From positions 2,070,001 through 2,102,000 of the forward strand of contig CAWJMG010000003.1 of NCBI GenBank assembly GCA_963843975.1: DNA of 32,000 nt, given 5' to 3'. Below are positions 7,867-16,696 of the stretch, in pieces (the stretch's first letter is position 1; each line of letters opens with the position of its first letter). The stretch is from an uncultured Actinomycetes bacterium. GTDB taxonomy: Bacteria > Actinomycetota > Actinomycetes > S36-B12 > CAIYMF01. A program made the position numbers and the translations under genes. Under the pieces are notes generated by a model. That model was given only the letters and a program-made list of their open reading frames with translations, searched no databases and was not told where the DNA came from.

Positions 7867-9420
7867 CTAGACGATGTCCGCCGCGTCGATCTCCGCCTGG
7901 GTGGCGAGGTCGCCGCGCGTGTTCTTGCCGAGCGCCCAGAAGACGACACCGGTGATCACGAAGAGGGTGAGCGGGATCATCTCGACGAGCGCGAACTTCC
8001 ACTTCTCGTCGGCCTCCCAGCCGTCGAGGCGGAAGTCGTCGCCGAACCAGTCGACGCCGAGGCCAGGGAAGAACACCTGCACGGTGGCGAACAGGATCAG
8101 GATCGTGAGCCACACCGACAGGAACGTGGGGATCGGCGCCTTGTAGGGGCGAGGGACTCTGGGAGCCTTGCGGCGAAGCACCGCGAGCGCCGGGAAGATG
8201 CCGATGTAGCTCAGCAGCGTCGTCGAGACTGCGAGGCCGAGCACGGTCGTGAACAGCTTCGCGGCATCGCCCTGGGTGATCTCGTGGGCGAGCACGAGGA
8301 CGAGCGTCGACAGGATGCCGCTGAAGACGTTGACGCGCACCGGCGTGCCGAACCGCGCCGAGATGACGCCGAGGTAGCGCGGGCCGGCGCCGTCGAACGC
8401 GGACACCGCGAGGGCGCGGTCCGAGCCCATGATCCAGGCGACGCCGGAGCTCAGCAGCGACAGGATGAACATGATCGCGGCGAGGTCGCCGAGCACGAGG
8501 CCGAGACCCTCGAGGGTTGCCGTGCCGTCGTCGGCGATGCTGCCGCCGTACACGGTGAAGACCGACTTGATCGCGTCGATGAAGCCGCCGAGACCGGTGA
8601 CCTGGTCGATCGGGAGCACCAGCAGGATGCCGAGGATCGGGACGCCGTAGAGCAGGATCGCGGCGATCGCGCTGCCCGAGATCGCCCAGGGCACGTCTTT
8701 CTGCGGGTTCTTCATCTCGTCGCCCGCGCTGCTGGGCAGCTCGAAGCCGACGTACTGGAACATCAGGACGGGCACGAGGGCGACGGCACCCGCGAACGTC
8801 GGGTTGAAGTCGGTCGGGAAGGACAGCCCCTTGACGCCGTTCTGGACGGCGTAGACGACGACCGAGATCGAGAAGAAGCCGAGCAGCAGGAAGCGCGACC
8901 AAGCACCGATCGTCGGGATCCACTTGCCGAGATTGAACGACAGGATCGCGGCGAGGACGCCGACCCACACGAAGATCAGGGTGAAGATGTAGAACGGCAC
9001 AGGCTCGAGCTCCGACGAGCTCGTGAAGAAGGTGGCGAACGCCGTGGCCGCGGCCACAGCGAGGGTGCCGCCGAGCCACACCGGGTTGGTCACCCAGTAG
9101 AGGAAGTTGTTGACCGCGCCGGCGAGTCGACCGAAGGCGATGCGCGTCCAGACGTAGGGGCCACCCTCCTCGGGGAAGGCGGTGCCGAGCTCGGCGAACA
9201 GCAGAGCCGACGGGATGAAGAAGACGGCGGCCATGATCATGAGCCACGTGAAGGCCTCGCCCCCGCTGGCGGCCACCGTGCCGATCGTGTCGACGCCGAC
9301 GAGCGTGCAGATCAGGAAGAAGAGGATGTCGAAGCGGCCGAAGTGGCGCTGGAGCTTGGCCTTCTCGACGAGCTCGGCCTCGGTGACGTCGTAGGGGACG
9401 TCGTGGTGCGTCGTGGACAC
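7867..9420 (-). CDS. APC-superfamily amino acid/polyamine permease.
   Basis: 517 aa with about 12 TM segments. N-terminal motif FGRFDILFFLICTLVGVDTIG…FAELGTAFPEEGGPYVWT. GTG start with GAGGAGGA 5 nt upstream. Sits 54 nt upstream of the aminotransferase on the same strand. Confidence 0.9.
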   Translation of the reverse strand: MSTTHHDVPYDVTEAELVEKAKLQRHFGRFDILFFLICTLVGVDTIGTVAASGGEAFTWLMIMAAVFFIPSALLFAELGTAFPEEGGPYVWTRIAFGRLAGAVNNFLYWVTNPVWLGGTLAVAAATAFATFFTSSSELEPVPFYIFTLIFVWVGVLAAILSFNLGKWIPTIGAWSRFLLLGFFSISVVVYAVQNGVKGLSFPTDFNPTFAGAVALVPVLMFQYVGFELPSSAGDEMKNPQKDVPWAISGSAIAAILLYGVPILGILLVLPIDQVTGLGGFIDAIKSVFTVYGGSIADDGTATLEGLGLVLGDLAAIMFILSLLSSGVAWIMGSDRALAVSAFDGAGPRYLGVISARFGTPVRVNVFSGILSTLVLVLAHEITQGDAAKLFTTVLGLAVSTTLLSYIGIFPALAVLRRKAPRVPRPYKAPIPTFLSVWLTILILFATVQVFFPGLGVDWFGDDFRLDGWEADEKWKFALVEMIPLTLFVITGVVFWALGKNTRGDLATQAEIDAADIV

Positions 9421-9499
9421 GCGGATCCTCCTCGGCCCCGAGTACGGGAGTGACGGAGCCGGGTGGACTCTAGGGCGGTCGTCCCCGTCCGGAGAACGG

Positions 9500-9519
9500 A
9501 TCCTGCGATTTCGCAGGAT
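9500..9519. promoter_or_regulatory. Palindrome ATCCTGCGA-tt-TCGCAGGAT between the EamA stop and the permease start (operator and/or EamA terminator).
   Basis: Perfect 9-bp arms with a 2-nt spacer. Flanking GAAC…GTTC extends it imperfectly. It lies in the most AT-rich part of the 127-bp spacer. Confidence 0.3.
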
Positions 9520-9547
9520 GTTCTTACCCGGACGTCACATGCCCGAC

Positions 9548-10480
9548 TCATTCCTCCGGGGCGACGACCGGGTTCGAACGGCTCCGCTGCGCCCAGACGA
9601 CGCACGCGATGACCACGAGCGCAGCCACGACGGTGCCTGCTGTAACCGTCTCCCCGAGCCACCACGCCGACCACACGAGCGTGAGCGGCGCCTGCAGCTG
9701 CTGCACCTGGCCACCGCGTGCGGTTCCGGCCATCGCGAGCCCGCGGTACCACGCGAAGAAGGCGACGTACATCGACGAGACGCCGAGGCCGACGAGGCAC
9801 GCCCACTCGACCGTGGTCGGCGTGTACGCCGCCTGCGCGGTGAACCACGTGACGACCGCCCAGGGCACCGTGACCGGCAGCGCGATCACGACGACCCACG
9901 AGATGACCTGCCAGCCCGGCATCTCGCGGCTGACGGCCGCGCCCTCGACATAGCACCACGAGGACGACAGGACCGCACCGACGACGAGCAGGTCGGCGGT
10001 GAGGTCGGCGTTGTCCGCCCCGCCCCGGGTGAGGGCGAAGACCACGAGCGCCGCGGTGCCCGCGCACGCGGCCAGCCAGAACTGCGCCGACACGCGCTCG
10101 CGGTGGCGCAGGACTGCGAAGAGGGCCGTCGTGAGCGGCATGAACGCCGCGATGACGGCGACGTGCGCGGAGGTCGTGCGCTGCAGCGCTAGCGCGATGA
10201 GGATCGGCCAGCCGAACACCGCTCCGAGCACCGTGAACAGCAGGGGCTTCACGAACCGTCGGTCGGGGAACGGCACCCGCCGGATCCCCAGCAGCACCAA
10301 CGCGAGCGAGCCGGCGATCACCGCGCGGCCGGCCGCCGTGAAGAACGGGTCGAACCCACCGATCGCGACCTTCGTCATCGGGACCGACAGGGAGAACAGC
10401 AGCACCCCGACGAAGGCCCAGAGCAGCCCGGTCCGCAGCACCGCGCCCGTCGCAGGCGCGACGGGGTTCTGCGTGGCCAT
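9548..10480 (-). CDS. EamA/DMT-family transporter.
   Basis: About 10 TM segments and a duplicated EamA-like organisation (…LLWAFVGVLLFSLSVPMTKVAIGG…; …VSSMYVAFFAWYRGLAMAG…). ATG 10480 (MATQNPV) is preferred over the upstream Arg-rich extension of the track ORF. Confidence 0.85.
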   Translation of the reverse strand: MATQNPVAPATGAVLRTGLLWAFVGVLLFSLSVPMTKVAIGGFDPFFTAAGRAVIAGSLALVLLGIRRVPFPDRRFVKPLLFTVLGAVFGWPILIALALQRTTSAHVAVIAAFMPLTTALFAVLRHRERVSAQFWLAACAGTAALVVFALTRGGADNADLTADLLVVGAVLSSSWCYVEGAAVSREMPGWQVISWVVVIALPVTVPWAVVTWFTAQAAYTPTTVEWACLVGLGVSSMYVAFFAWYRGLAMAGTARGGQVQQLQAPLTLVWSAWWLGETVTAGTVVAALVVIACVVWAQRSRSNPVVAPEE

Positions 10481-10548
10481 GCGGTGCACCGTAGCCGCCG
10501 GTCGTCGCCTAGCCTCGAGGTGAACGCCCGAGACCCCAGGAGGACGTC

Positions 10549-11019
10549 GTGAAGGCCGCACGCGCGATCACGGCAGGAGCCCTGGTGCTCGTGGCAGCGA
10601 CCGGGTGCTCCAGCGGCGGCACGCCCACGCCCACGTCCTCGGCGCCGGCCACGTCCGCGGCGCCCAGCTCGAGCACCCCGTCGAGCACGCCCACGAGCGC
10701 CTCGCCCAGCGCGAGCCCGTCCGAGGAGCCCACGGCCGGGCCGTCGAGCACGCTGCCCCCGAAGCTCGCGGCGTACCAGCTGTGCGGCACGGTCCTCGGC
10801 CTCGCGGCCGGCTTCATCGGGCAGATCGCGCCGGACCAGCTCGACGAGGGGAAGAAGATCGCCGAGCAGGCGCGCGCCGACTACGTCGACGACGGCTCCG
10901 GCCTGGCGCAGAAGGCCGACGCAGTGCTCGACGCCGTCGAGTTCGCCGACCAGACCAAGGTCGTCACCTCGTCCAAGGCGCTGGCCGACGCGTGCAAGCA
11001 GGTCGACCCCGGCACGTAG
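10549..11019 (+). CDS. Putative lipoprotein with a Ser/Thr/Pro-rich linker.
   Basis: GTG start with AGGAGGA 6 nt upstream. Signal peptide plus lipobox-like LVAATGC. Low-complexity STP tract followed by a roughly 90-aa globular part. I recognise no family. Confidence 0.7.
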   Translation: MKAARAITAGALVLVAATGCSSGGTPTPTSSAPATSAAPSSSTPSSTPTSASPSASPSEEPTAGPSSTLPPKLAAYQLCGTVLGLAAGFIGQIAPDQLDEGKKIAEQARADYVDDGSGLAQKADAVLDAVEFADQTKVVTSSKALADACKQVDPGT

Positions 11020-11038
11020 CCCGCCGTACGGTGACGGC

Positions 11039-11713
11039 GTGCCCTCGATCGTGCTTCTCGGCGACCATGACCCGTCGTACGTGACCCACCGCGCCCTCGA
11101 CGTGCTCGTCGACCGGCTCGCGCCCGACGCGTCGCTCACCTGGGTGCCGACGACACGCACCGACGACCCGTTGCTGGCGTCCGCCGACGGCGTCTGGGCG
11201 GTGCCGGGAACGCCGTACGCCGACGAGGATGCCGTGCACGCCGTGCTGCGCCACCGGCGCGAGGAGGGGCTGCCGACGCTCGGCACCTGCGGGGGCTTCC
11301 AGCACCTGGTGCTCGAGTTCGCCCGCAACCACATCGGAATCCACGAGGCGGCGCACGAGGAGACCGAGCCCGATGCCGAGCAGGTCGTGGTGGCCGCGCT
11401 CGCGTGCAGCCTGGTCGGCGAGGTCCGCCCGGTGACCGCCGTGCCCGGCACGCGGATGGCCGAGATCTGCGGCCTCGAGCCTTTCGGCGGCTTCCACTTC
11501 TGCAGCTACGGCATCAACCCGCGCTACCGCGACACGCTCGTGGAGGCCGGGCTGTTCTTCTCGGCGTTCGCGCCAGACGCCGGTGTCGAGGCGGTCGAGC
11601 TCGAGGGGCATCCGTTCTACCTGGGCACGCTCTTCCAGCCGCAGATGTCCTCGCTCGACAGCGGGCCGGTGCACCCGTTGGTGCTCGCGTTCGTCGAGGC
11701 CGCGGGCGCCTGA
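11039..11713 (+). CDS. Class-I glutamine amidotransferase-like protein resembling the C-terminal domain of CTP synthase.
   Basis: Nucleophile elbow LPTLGTCGGFQHLVLEFARN, and HPFYLGTLFQPQ in the position of the CTP synthase HPFF.G.QFHPE motif. Confidence 0.8.
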   Translation: MPSIVLLGDHDPSYVTHRALDVLVDRLAPDASLTWVPTTRTDDPLLASADGVWAVPGTPYADEDAVHAVLRHRREEGLPTLGTCGGFQHLVLEFARNHIGIHEAAHEETEPDAEQVVVAALACSLVGEVRPVTAVPGTRMAEICGLEPFGGFHFCSYGINPRYRDTLVEAGLFFSAFAPDAGVEAVELEGHPFYLGTLFQPQMSSLDSGPVHPLVLAFVEAAGA

Positions 11714-11717
11714 GGCG

Positions 11718-12086
11718 TCAGGACGCTGCGGGCTCCTGCGACGCCGACTGCTTCGCCTCGACTGCGGCGATCTCGGCCTCGACCCAGCCGCGCACCTTGT
11801 GCTCGGCGATGAACGACACGAACGGGATCGTGCCGGCGATCACGACGAACACCATGCGCAGGAACGGCCAGCGCATCCGCAGGCACAGGTCGAGCGCCAC
11901 GATCACGTAGATCATGTAGAGCCACCCGTGCGCGATCGCGACCGGCGCCGTCGTGCTGATGGCCCCGAAGCCGTACTTCAGCACCATGGCCGTCACGAGC
12001 AGCAGCAGCATCACGCCGACGATCCACGCCATCACGCGGTAGCGCGTCAGGGCCTTGCGGACGGTCGGGACGGGGGCGGTGATCAC
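11718..12086 (-). CDS. DUF3817 integral membrane protein.
   Basis: 122 aa: …ALTRYRVMAWIVGVMLLLLVTAMVLKY…AIAHGWLYMIYVIVALDL…GTIPFVSFIAEHKV. GTG start with GGAGAGGAA upstream. Paired with SURF1, which I recall as a common actinobacterial arrangement. Confidence 0.8.
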   Translation of the reverse strand: MITAPVPTVRKALTRYRVMAWIVGVMLLLLVTAMVLKYGFGAISTTAPVAIAHGWLYMIYVIVALDLCLRMRWPFLRMVFVVIAGTIPFVSFIAEHKVRGWVEAEIAAVEAKQSASQEPAAS

Positions 12087-12111
12087 GGTGTTCCTCTCCG
12101 GTGTCGTGGGC

Positions 12112-12846
12112 TCAGTAGATCTCGGGACGTGACGGTTGCGCGACCGGGGCCTGCTCCTGCCCGATCCGCGAGTCCTCGCGCAGGAACCGTCCCCACACGA
12201 AGACCACGAACCCCGCGAAGATCACCCACTGCACCGCGTAGCCGGCGTTCTGCAGTCGGATGCCGGACGTCGTGGCCGCACCGAACGGCGGCAGCACGGG
12301 CCCGAGCGCGGGCTGCGTCTCGGGCGTCTGCGAGGTGAGCGCGACCCAGCCCTGCACGCCGGGGTACGGCAGCGCGAGAGCCGAGGCGGTGAGACGAGGC
12401 GCGACGCCGTCGTCGGTGGTGTCGGCTGTGCCGGGGTCGCCCTCGAACGGCTGCGCGAGCCCGCGGACCGTGACGGTGCCGGTAGGAGCAGCCGCCACCC
12501 TCGGGTCGGTGGGGCTCGACACCGTGCCGCGCGCCACGGCGACGGCGTCCCCGACGGCCGGGCGCAGCGGCGTCACGACCCAGTACTCGCCCTGGCCGTG
12601 GTCGACCAGGATCTGCGCGGCGACGTCATACGTGCCGGTCACCTCGACGGGGGCGCCGTAGTCGGACTCGGCAAGCGGCGCACCGGCCGTGAGCACCTGG
12701 GACGACGCCACGGTGTCGCGCGCGGGAGCCTCGTCCCTCTGGGCTCGCTGCCACTGCCAGTACGACATCCCGCCGAACGCGGCGATGAGCAGCACCGCGG
12801 TCACCGACAGCCCGATCCACTTCGGGGTCGCGAGGGTCCGCAGCAC
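12112..12846 (-). CDS. SURF1-family (cytochrome oxidase assembly-like) membrane protein.
   Basis: N-terminal LATPKWIGLSVTAVLLIAAFGGMSYWQWQRAQ, a C-terminal second TM, and an overall SURF1 topology. Confidence 0.8.
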   Translation of the reverse strand: MLRTLATPKWIGLSVTAVLLIAAFGGMSYWQWQRAQRDEAPARDTVASSQVLTAGAPLAESDYGAPVEVTGTYDVAAQILVDHGQGEYWVVTPLRPAVGDAVAVARGTVSSPTDPRVAAAPTGTVTVRGLAQPFEGDPGTADTTDDGVAPRLTASALALPYPGVQGWVALTSQTPETQPALGPVLPPFGAATTSGIRLQNAGYAVQWVIFAGFVVFVWGRFLREDSRIGQEQAPVAQPSRPEIY

Positions 12847-12900
12847 CCGACCACGGTAACCCGCGCGGCCGCCGGGCTCTCCCCGGGCCAGGATGGGCGC

Positions 12901-13326
12901 GTGCCCGGAGACCTGCAGGTCCGCGGCTCGGTCGTCATCCCCGAGGCCGAGCTCTCCTGGCGTTTCTCCAGGTCGTCCGGCCCGGGCGGCCAGGGCGTGA
13001 ACACCACCGACTCACGGGTCGAGCTGCTCTGGGACGTCGCAGCCACCACCGCGCTCGGCCAGGTGCTGAAGGATCGCGCGCTCGATCGCCTGGCCGATCG
13101 GCTCGTGGACGGGGTGCTCAGCGTCACGGCGTCCGAGCAGCGCAGCCAGTACCAGAACCGGCTCGCCGCCGAGCGGCGGCTCGTGGACACCGTGGCCGCC
13201 GCGATCGCGCCGCCGCCGAGGCCGCGCCGCGCCACCAAGCCCACCCGAGGCTCGGTCGACCGCCGCATCGCAGCCAAGAAGCGCCGCGGCGAGACCAAGC
13301 GCCTCCGCCGCCCCGACGCCGACTAG
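12901..13326 (+). CDS. arfB: Alternative ribosome-rescue factor ArfB (peptidyl-tRNA hydrolase, GGQ class).
   Basis: VPGDLQVRGSVVIPEAELSWRFSRSSGPGGQGVNTTDSRVEL…ASEQRSQYQNR… followed by a basic C-terminal tail KKRRGETKRLRR. 141 aa from GTG 12901. The upstream part of the 396-aa track ORF is antisense to SURF1. Confidence 0.85.
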   Translation: MPGDLQVRGSVVIPEAELSWRFSRSSGPGGQGVNTTDSRVELLWDVAATTALGQVLKDRALDRLADRLVDGVLSVTASEQRSQYQNRLAAERRLVDTVAAAIAPPPRPRRATKPTRGSVDRRIAAKKRRGETKRLRRPDAD

Positions 13327-13343
13327 CCGCGTCCCTGGCGCAC

Positions 13344-13373
13344 GTGCCAGAAAGCACAAGGGTCTTCTGGCAC
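13344..13373. terminator. Hairpin between convergent arfB and the EcsC-family gene.
   Basis: GTGCCAGAA (13344..13352) pairs with TTCTGGCAC (13365..13373), leaving a 12-nt loop. Confidence 0.4.
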
Positions 13374-13397
13374 TCGGGTGAGCGACGTGAGGCGAGG

Positions 13398-14063
13398 TCA
13401 GGAGGTCGCGAAGGTGCGGCCTGCGAGGCCGCCGACGTACTGGGTCAGTGCGGCGTCGATGCCGCCACCGACGAGCCCGCCGACCAGCGGGATCGACCGG
13501 ACGGCGGTGAACGCGAGCCGCTTCCCGCCGTACTTGGCGACGAGGAAGATCCCCGCGCGACGGTTGATCTCGCGCACCACCGGCACCGGCAGACGCGCGA
13601 TCGCGTCGTGCGTGCGACCGTCCACGATCTCGACACCGAGCTCGGTGAGCACCTTGGCGGCATCGGCTCCCGCGACCGTCAGCAGGATCGATGCCTGCGT
13701 GTGCTGCGAGTCGAGGTAGTGCCCGTGCAGGTGGGCGATCGCGCCGACCATCCGCGAGTTGATGACCAGGTTGCCGGCGACGTTGGCCGGGAACGTGAGC
13801 GGCAGGGCCAGGAAGCCGCCGAGCCCGGTCAGGAATCCGGTCCCGCCGGTGGCGATCACGGACTCGCGGATCATCAGCGCGATGGCTGCGTCGCGGTCGC
13901 CGGTGTCCGCGAGGCGGGCGTCGCCGTACGCCGCGGACCCCACGAGCGGCCCGGCGCCGTGGTCGACCACGTCGAGCACGACCTGCTGCAGCTTCTGCTC
14001 GAGCCGCAGAAGGAGCGACTCCGGCTCCCGCTCAGCGGCCGCGGGCTCGACGACCTCGACCAT
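13398..14063 (-). CDS. EcsC-family protein.
   Basis: …IRESVIATGGTGFLTGLGGFLALPLTFPANVAGNLVINSRMVGAIAHLHG…RSIPLVGGLVGGGIDA… ATG 14063 with GAAGGGGGA upstream. The track start at 14132 adds an Arg-rich leader that I consider unlikely. Confidence 0.75.
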   Translation of the reverse strand: MVEVVEPAAAEREPESLLLRLEQKLQQVVLDVVDHGAGPLVGSAAYGDARLADTGDRDAAIALMIRESVIATGGTGFLTGLGGFLALPLTFPANVAGNLVINSRMVGAIAHLHGHYLDSQHTQASILLTVAGADAAKVLTELGVEIVDGRTHDAIARLPVPVVREINRRAGIFLVAKYGGKRLAFTAVRSIPLVGGLVGGGIDAALTQYVGGLAGRTFATS

Positions 14064-14171
14064 GTCCGTCCCCCTTCGTCGTACGCGATACCTCGAGGAT
14101 CGCACCGAAGGCGCGGCCTGTCCGAGCTTCACCGCGGTGCGCGGTCAGCGGAGCAGACGAGGGTCTTCGGG

Positions 14172-14498
14172 CTAGGGGGCCGGCGAGGAGGGGGCCGACG
14201 GCGTCGGCTCCTCCGGGCTGGCGCCCAGATCCACGGCTGCAGCGGCAGCGGCCTCACGCTCCGCCTTCTTGCGGGTGTAGCGCGGGTTCTCGGTGGTCGA
14301 CTCGTCGAAGTCGACCCGCTTGATCTGCTTGTTGAGGCTCTTCCAGATCACGAACACCGCCACGGCCATGAACAGCACCGCGAGCAGCCCGAGGAAGCCC
14401 GGCGAGACGCGGTCGGGGTCGATCGCCGGGGCCGTGGACGACGGCGACGGCGACGGCGACGGGGAGACGGACGCGGCCACCAGCCACAGGGTGCTCAC
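14172..14498 (-). CDS. Small single-pass membrane protein (Ser-Pro repeat, one TM, charged tail), translationally coupled to mca.
   Basis: GTG 14498..14496 overlaps the mca TGA (GTGA). High GC3. TM segment [18 protein letters not shown]. The start is uncertain; shorter internal starts are possible. Confidence 0.5.
   Translation of the reverse strand: MSTLWLVAASVSPSPSPSPSSTAPAIDPDRVSPGFLGLLAVLFMAVAVFVIWKSLNKQIKRVDFDESTTENPRYTRKKAEREAAAAAAVDLGASPEEPTPSAPSSPAP
14440..14462. repeat. Short hexanucleotide tandem repeat (GACGGC, 3 perfect copies plus a partial one) encoding the (Ser-Pro)n tract of the small membrane protein.
   Basis: Read directly from the sequence: gacggc gacggc gacggc gacgg. Confidence 0.5.
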
Positions 14499-15448
14499 AG
14501 GGACCTCGATGCATCGGAGAGCTCGGCGTCGAGCGCAGAACCGGGACGGATCCCGGCGAAAAGGTCGGTCTCGATGCCGTCGCCGACGGGCACGAGCGAC
14601 CGGGCGAGCTGGAAGTCCTCGGTGGGCCAGGCCGCGCGCTGCGCGTCCATCGGCACGGCGAACCAGCGGCCGTCCGGATCGATCTGCGTCGCGTGAGCCT
14701 TGAGCGCCTCGTCCCGCGCCTCGAACCACTCGGAGCACTCGACCTGCGTCGTGAGGCGCGCGGCATCCTCGGGCTTGTCCTCCCAGGTGGCCAGCCAGTC
14801 GCCGAACGGCGACTCGACGCCCGCGGCGAGGCACATCTCGTGCAGCGCGATGAGGCGGGCCTTGTGGAAGGTCAGGTGGTAGTAGAGCTTGGCCGGCTGC
14901 CACGGCTCGCCGGTGCCGGGGAACTCGGCCGGGTCGCCCGCGGCCTCGAACGCGCGCATCGAGACCTCGTGGGTCTTGATGTGGTCGGGGTGCGGATAGC
15001 CGCCGTTCTCGTCGTACGTCGTCATCACGTGCGGGCGGAACTCGCGGACGAGCCGGACGAGGGGCTCGGTGGCCTCGTCGAGCGGCACCAGCGCGAAGCA
15101 GCCCTGGGGCAGCGGCGGGACGACGCCCTGCTCGTCGGCCTCGGGCAGGCCGGAGTCGTGGAAGCCGAGCCACGTGTGCTGGATGCCCAGGATCTCGGCC
15201 GCGCGCGCCATCTCGGTGCGCCGGTAGGCCGCGAGGTCCTCGAGCACGGCCGGGTCGTGCGCGAGACCGGGGTTGAGGACGTCGCCGCGCTCACCGCCGG
15301 TGCACGTGACGACCAGCACCTCGACGCCCTCGGCGACGTACCGCGCAGCCGAGGCCGCGCCCTTGCTCGACTCGTCGTCGGGGTGGGCGTGCACCGCCAT
15401 GAGGCGCAGCGGCTCGCCGGGCGCCGGAAGGTGGGGTGCAGCGGTCAC
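14495..15448 (-). CDS. mca: Mycothiol S-conjugate amidase (LmbE/PIG-L family).
   Basis: …[18 protein letters not shown]…[15 protein letters not shown]…[24 protein letters not shown]… GTG 15448 with AGGAG 5 nt upstream. The context next to DUF4307 and greA matches mca rather than mshB. Confidence 0.88.
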   Translation of the reverse strand: MTAAPHLPAPGEPLRLMAVHAHPDDESSKGAASAARYVAEGVEVLVVTCTGGERGDVLNPGLAHDPAVLEDLAAYRRTEMARAAEILGIQHTWLGFHDSGLPEADEQGVVPPLPQGCFALVPLDEATEPLVRLVREFRPHVMTTYDENGGYPHPDHIKTHEVSMRAFEAAGDPAEFPGTGEPWQPAKLYYHLTFHKARLIALHEMCLAAGVESPFGDWLATWEDKPEDAARLTTQVECSEWFEARDEALKAHATQIDPDGRWFAVPMDAQRAAWPTEDFQLARSLVPVGDGIETDLFAGIRPGSALDAELSDASRSL

Positions 15449-15562
15449 GGTCGCTCCTGGTCGTGGCGGTCGGGCAGAGGTGAGGGACACTCGTACCTGG
15501 ACGGTCGGCGCCCCGGCACCGACACAGTCTCCCAGACCCGTACGACCACGCGAGGAGGCCCG

Positions 15563-16069
15563 GTGACCGAGCCCGCCACCGACCTGCGCCGCGAGGCCCG
15601 CACCGGCCTGATGCTCACCCCGGCGATGGCCGCGCGGTACGGCGTCCGCCGCACGAACCGGGTGGCCGTCGGAGTTCTCGCCGTGCTCGTCATCGGCTTC
15701 GTGGCCGGCGTCCTCGGCCTCGGCTACCGCCTCGCGACGCCCGACACCCAGGCCAAGCTGCTCGCCTTCTCGGTCGAGTCCCCGACGCGGATCAACGTCA
15801 CGTTCGAGGTCCGCCGCGACTCGCTCGCCGAGACGTACTGCGTCCTCCGCGCCCGCGCCGTCGACCACACCGACGTCGGGTTCGCGCAGTTCCGCATCAC
15901 CCCCGGCCGCGAGTACGTCCAGGTGACCTACCCGCTCGCGACGTACGCCGAGGCCACGAGCGCGGAGGTGCTGGGCTGCGCCGCCGGGGAGCCCCCGCGC
16001 GTCGACCCGCCCGGGTTCCTCCCCGGGACGACGAACCCCGAGCAGGTCGCGGTCGTCGACGGCTCGTAG
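15563..16069 (+). CDS. DUF4307 domain membrane protein.
   Basis: GTG 15563 with GAGGAGG upstream. N-terminal [23 protein letters not shown] followed by …[10 protein letters not shown]…YCVLRARA…. Occupies the conserved position between mca and greA. Confidence 0.75.
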   Translation: MTEPATDLRREARTGLMLTPAMAARYGVRRTNRVAVGVLAVLVIGFVAGVLGLGYRLATPDTQAKLLAFSVESPTRINVTFEVRRDSLAETYCVLRARAVDHTDVGFAQFRITPGREYVQVTYPLATYAEATSAEVLGCAAGEPPRVDPPGFLPGTTNPEQVAVVDGS

Positions 16070-16154
16070 CCGCATCAGCGGACGGGCGCCGTACGCTGTT
16101 CTCCCTGACGTCCGGCCGCCTGCGGCCACCCTCGAGCGAAGTGAGACAGATCCC

Positions 16155-16643
16155 GTGAGCGAGACCACCGAGACCTGGCTGACCCAGGAGGCGTTCGAGC
16201 GTCTCCAGGAGGAGCTCGCCGACCGGTCGGGTCCGCGCCGCGCTCAGATCGTGAAGCGCATCGAGGCCGCGCGCGAGGAGGGCGACCTCAAGGAGAACGG
16301 CGGGTACCACGCCGCCAAGGAGGAGCAGGGCAAGAACGAGGCCCGCGTGAAGGTGCTCACCCACCTCCTGGAGAACGCCCAGATCGGCGCACCGCCGGCC
16401 ACGGACGGCGTCGTCGCGCAGGGCCAGGTCGTCACCGTGCGCCTCGTCGAGTTCGACGAGGAGGAGACGTTCCTGCTCGGCTCGCGCGAGGAGGCCGCGA
16501 CCACCACGCTCTCGGTCTACTCCCCCACCTCGCCGCTCGGCGGCGCGGTTCTCGGCGCGAAGGTCGGCGACACCGTGAGCTACCGCACACCCGCCGGCAA
16601 GACGCTGAACGTCGAGGTCCTGCGCGCCGAGTCGCGCGCCTGA
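16155..16643 (+). CDS. greA: Transcription elongation factor GreA.
   Basis: [58 protein letters not shown]… is the canonical GreA coiled-coil and C-terminal domain. Confidence 0.95.
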   Translation: MSETTETWLTQEAFERLQEELADRSGPRRAQIVKRIEAAREEGDLKENGGYHAAKEEQGKNEARVKVLTHLLENAQIGAPPATDGVVAQGQVVTVRLVEFDEEETFLLGSREEAATTTLSVYSPTSPLGGAVLGAKVGDTVSYRTPAGKTLNVEVLRAESRA

Positions 16644-16654
16644 GAACGCCCGAA

Positions 16655-16685
16655 GGCCCGGCCCCGCTGCGACGGATGCCGGGCC
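16655..16685. terminator. Hairpin between convergent greA and the ABC-2 permease.
   Basis: GGCCCGGC (16655..16662) pairs with GCCGGGCC (16678..16685), leaving a 15-nt loop. Confidence 0.4.
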
Positions 16686-16696
16686 ATCGTCGTGCG

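Noticed and set aside
6206-9453. Very long ORFs of 1013 aa (minus strand, 6206..9247) and 999 aa (plus strand, 6454..9453) spanning the aminotransferase/permease region.
   Set aside because: Their translations are Arg/Pro/Gly/Asp-rich low-complexity sequence with no motifs. They lie out of frame with or antisense to two genes with unmistakable family signatures. This is the typical high-GC shadow ORF.
9555-9575. GGGTTCGAAC, resembling a tRNA T-arm.
   Set aside because: It lies inside the EamA coding frame. I could find no acceptor or anticodon stems around it, and there is no local GC dip typical of a tRNA gene.
10761-10767. Further copies of the GAAGCTC/GAGCTTC heptamer at 10761, 14124 and 19680, checked as possible additional frameshift sites.
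   Set aside because: At 10761 (lipoprotein, …PPKLAAY…) and 19680 (Toastrack-like, …GGVKLTIV…) the heptamer is in frame as Lys-Leu, and removing a base would destroy sensible ORFs. The copy at 14124 lies in the untranslated region upstream of the EcsC gene.
15449-16168. Upstream extension of the mca ORF to 557 aa, and the 14693..16069 plus-strand ORF of 458 aa.
   Set aside because: The extensions are antisense to DUF4307/greA and to mca respectively. Good RBS-start pairs (AGGAG-GTG 15448; GAGGAGG-GTG 15563) define the real genes.
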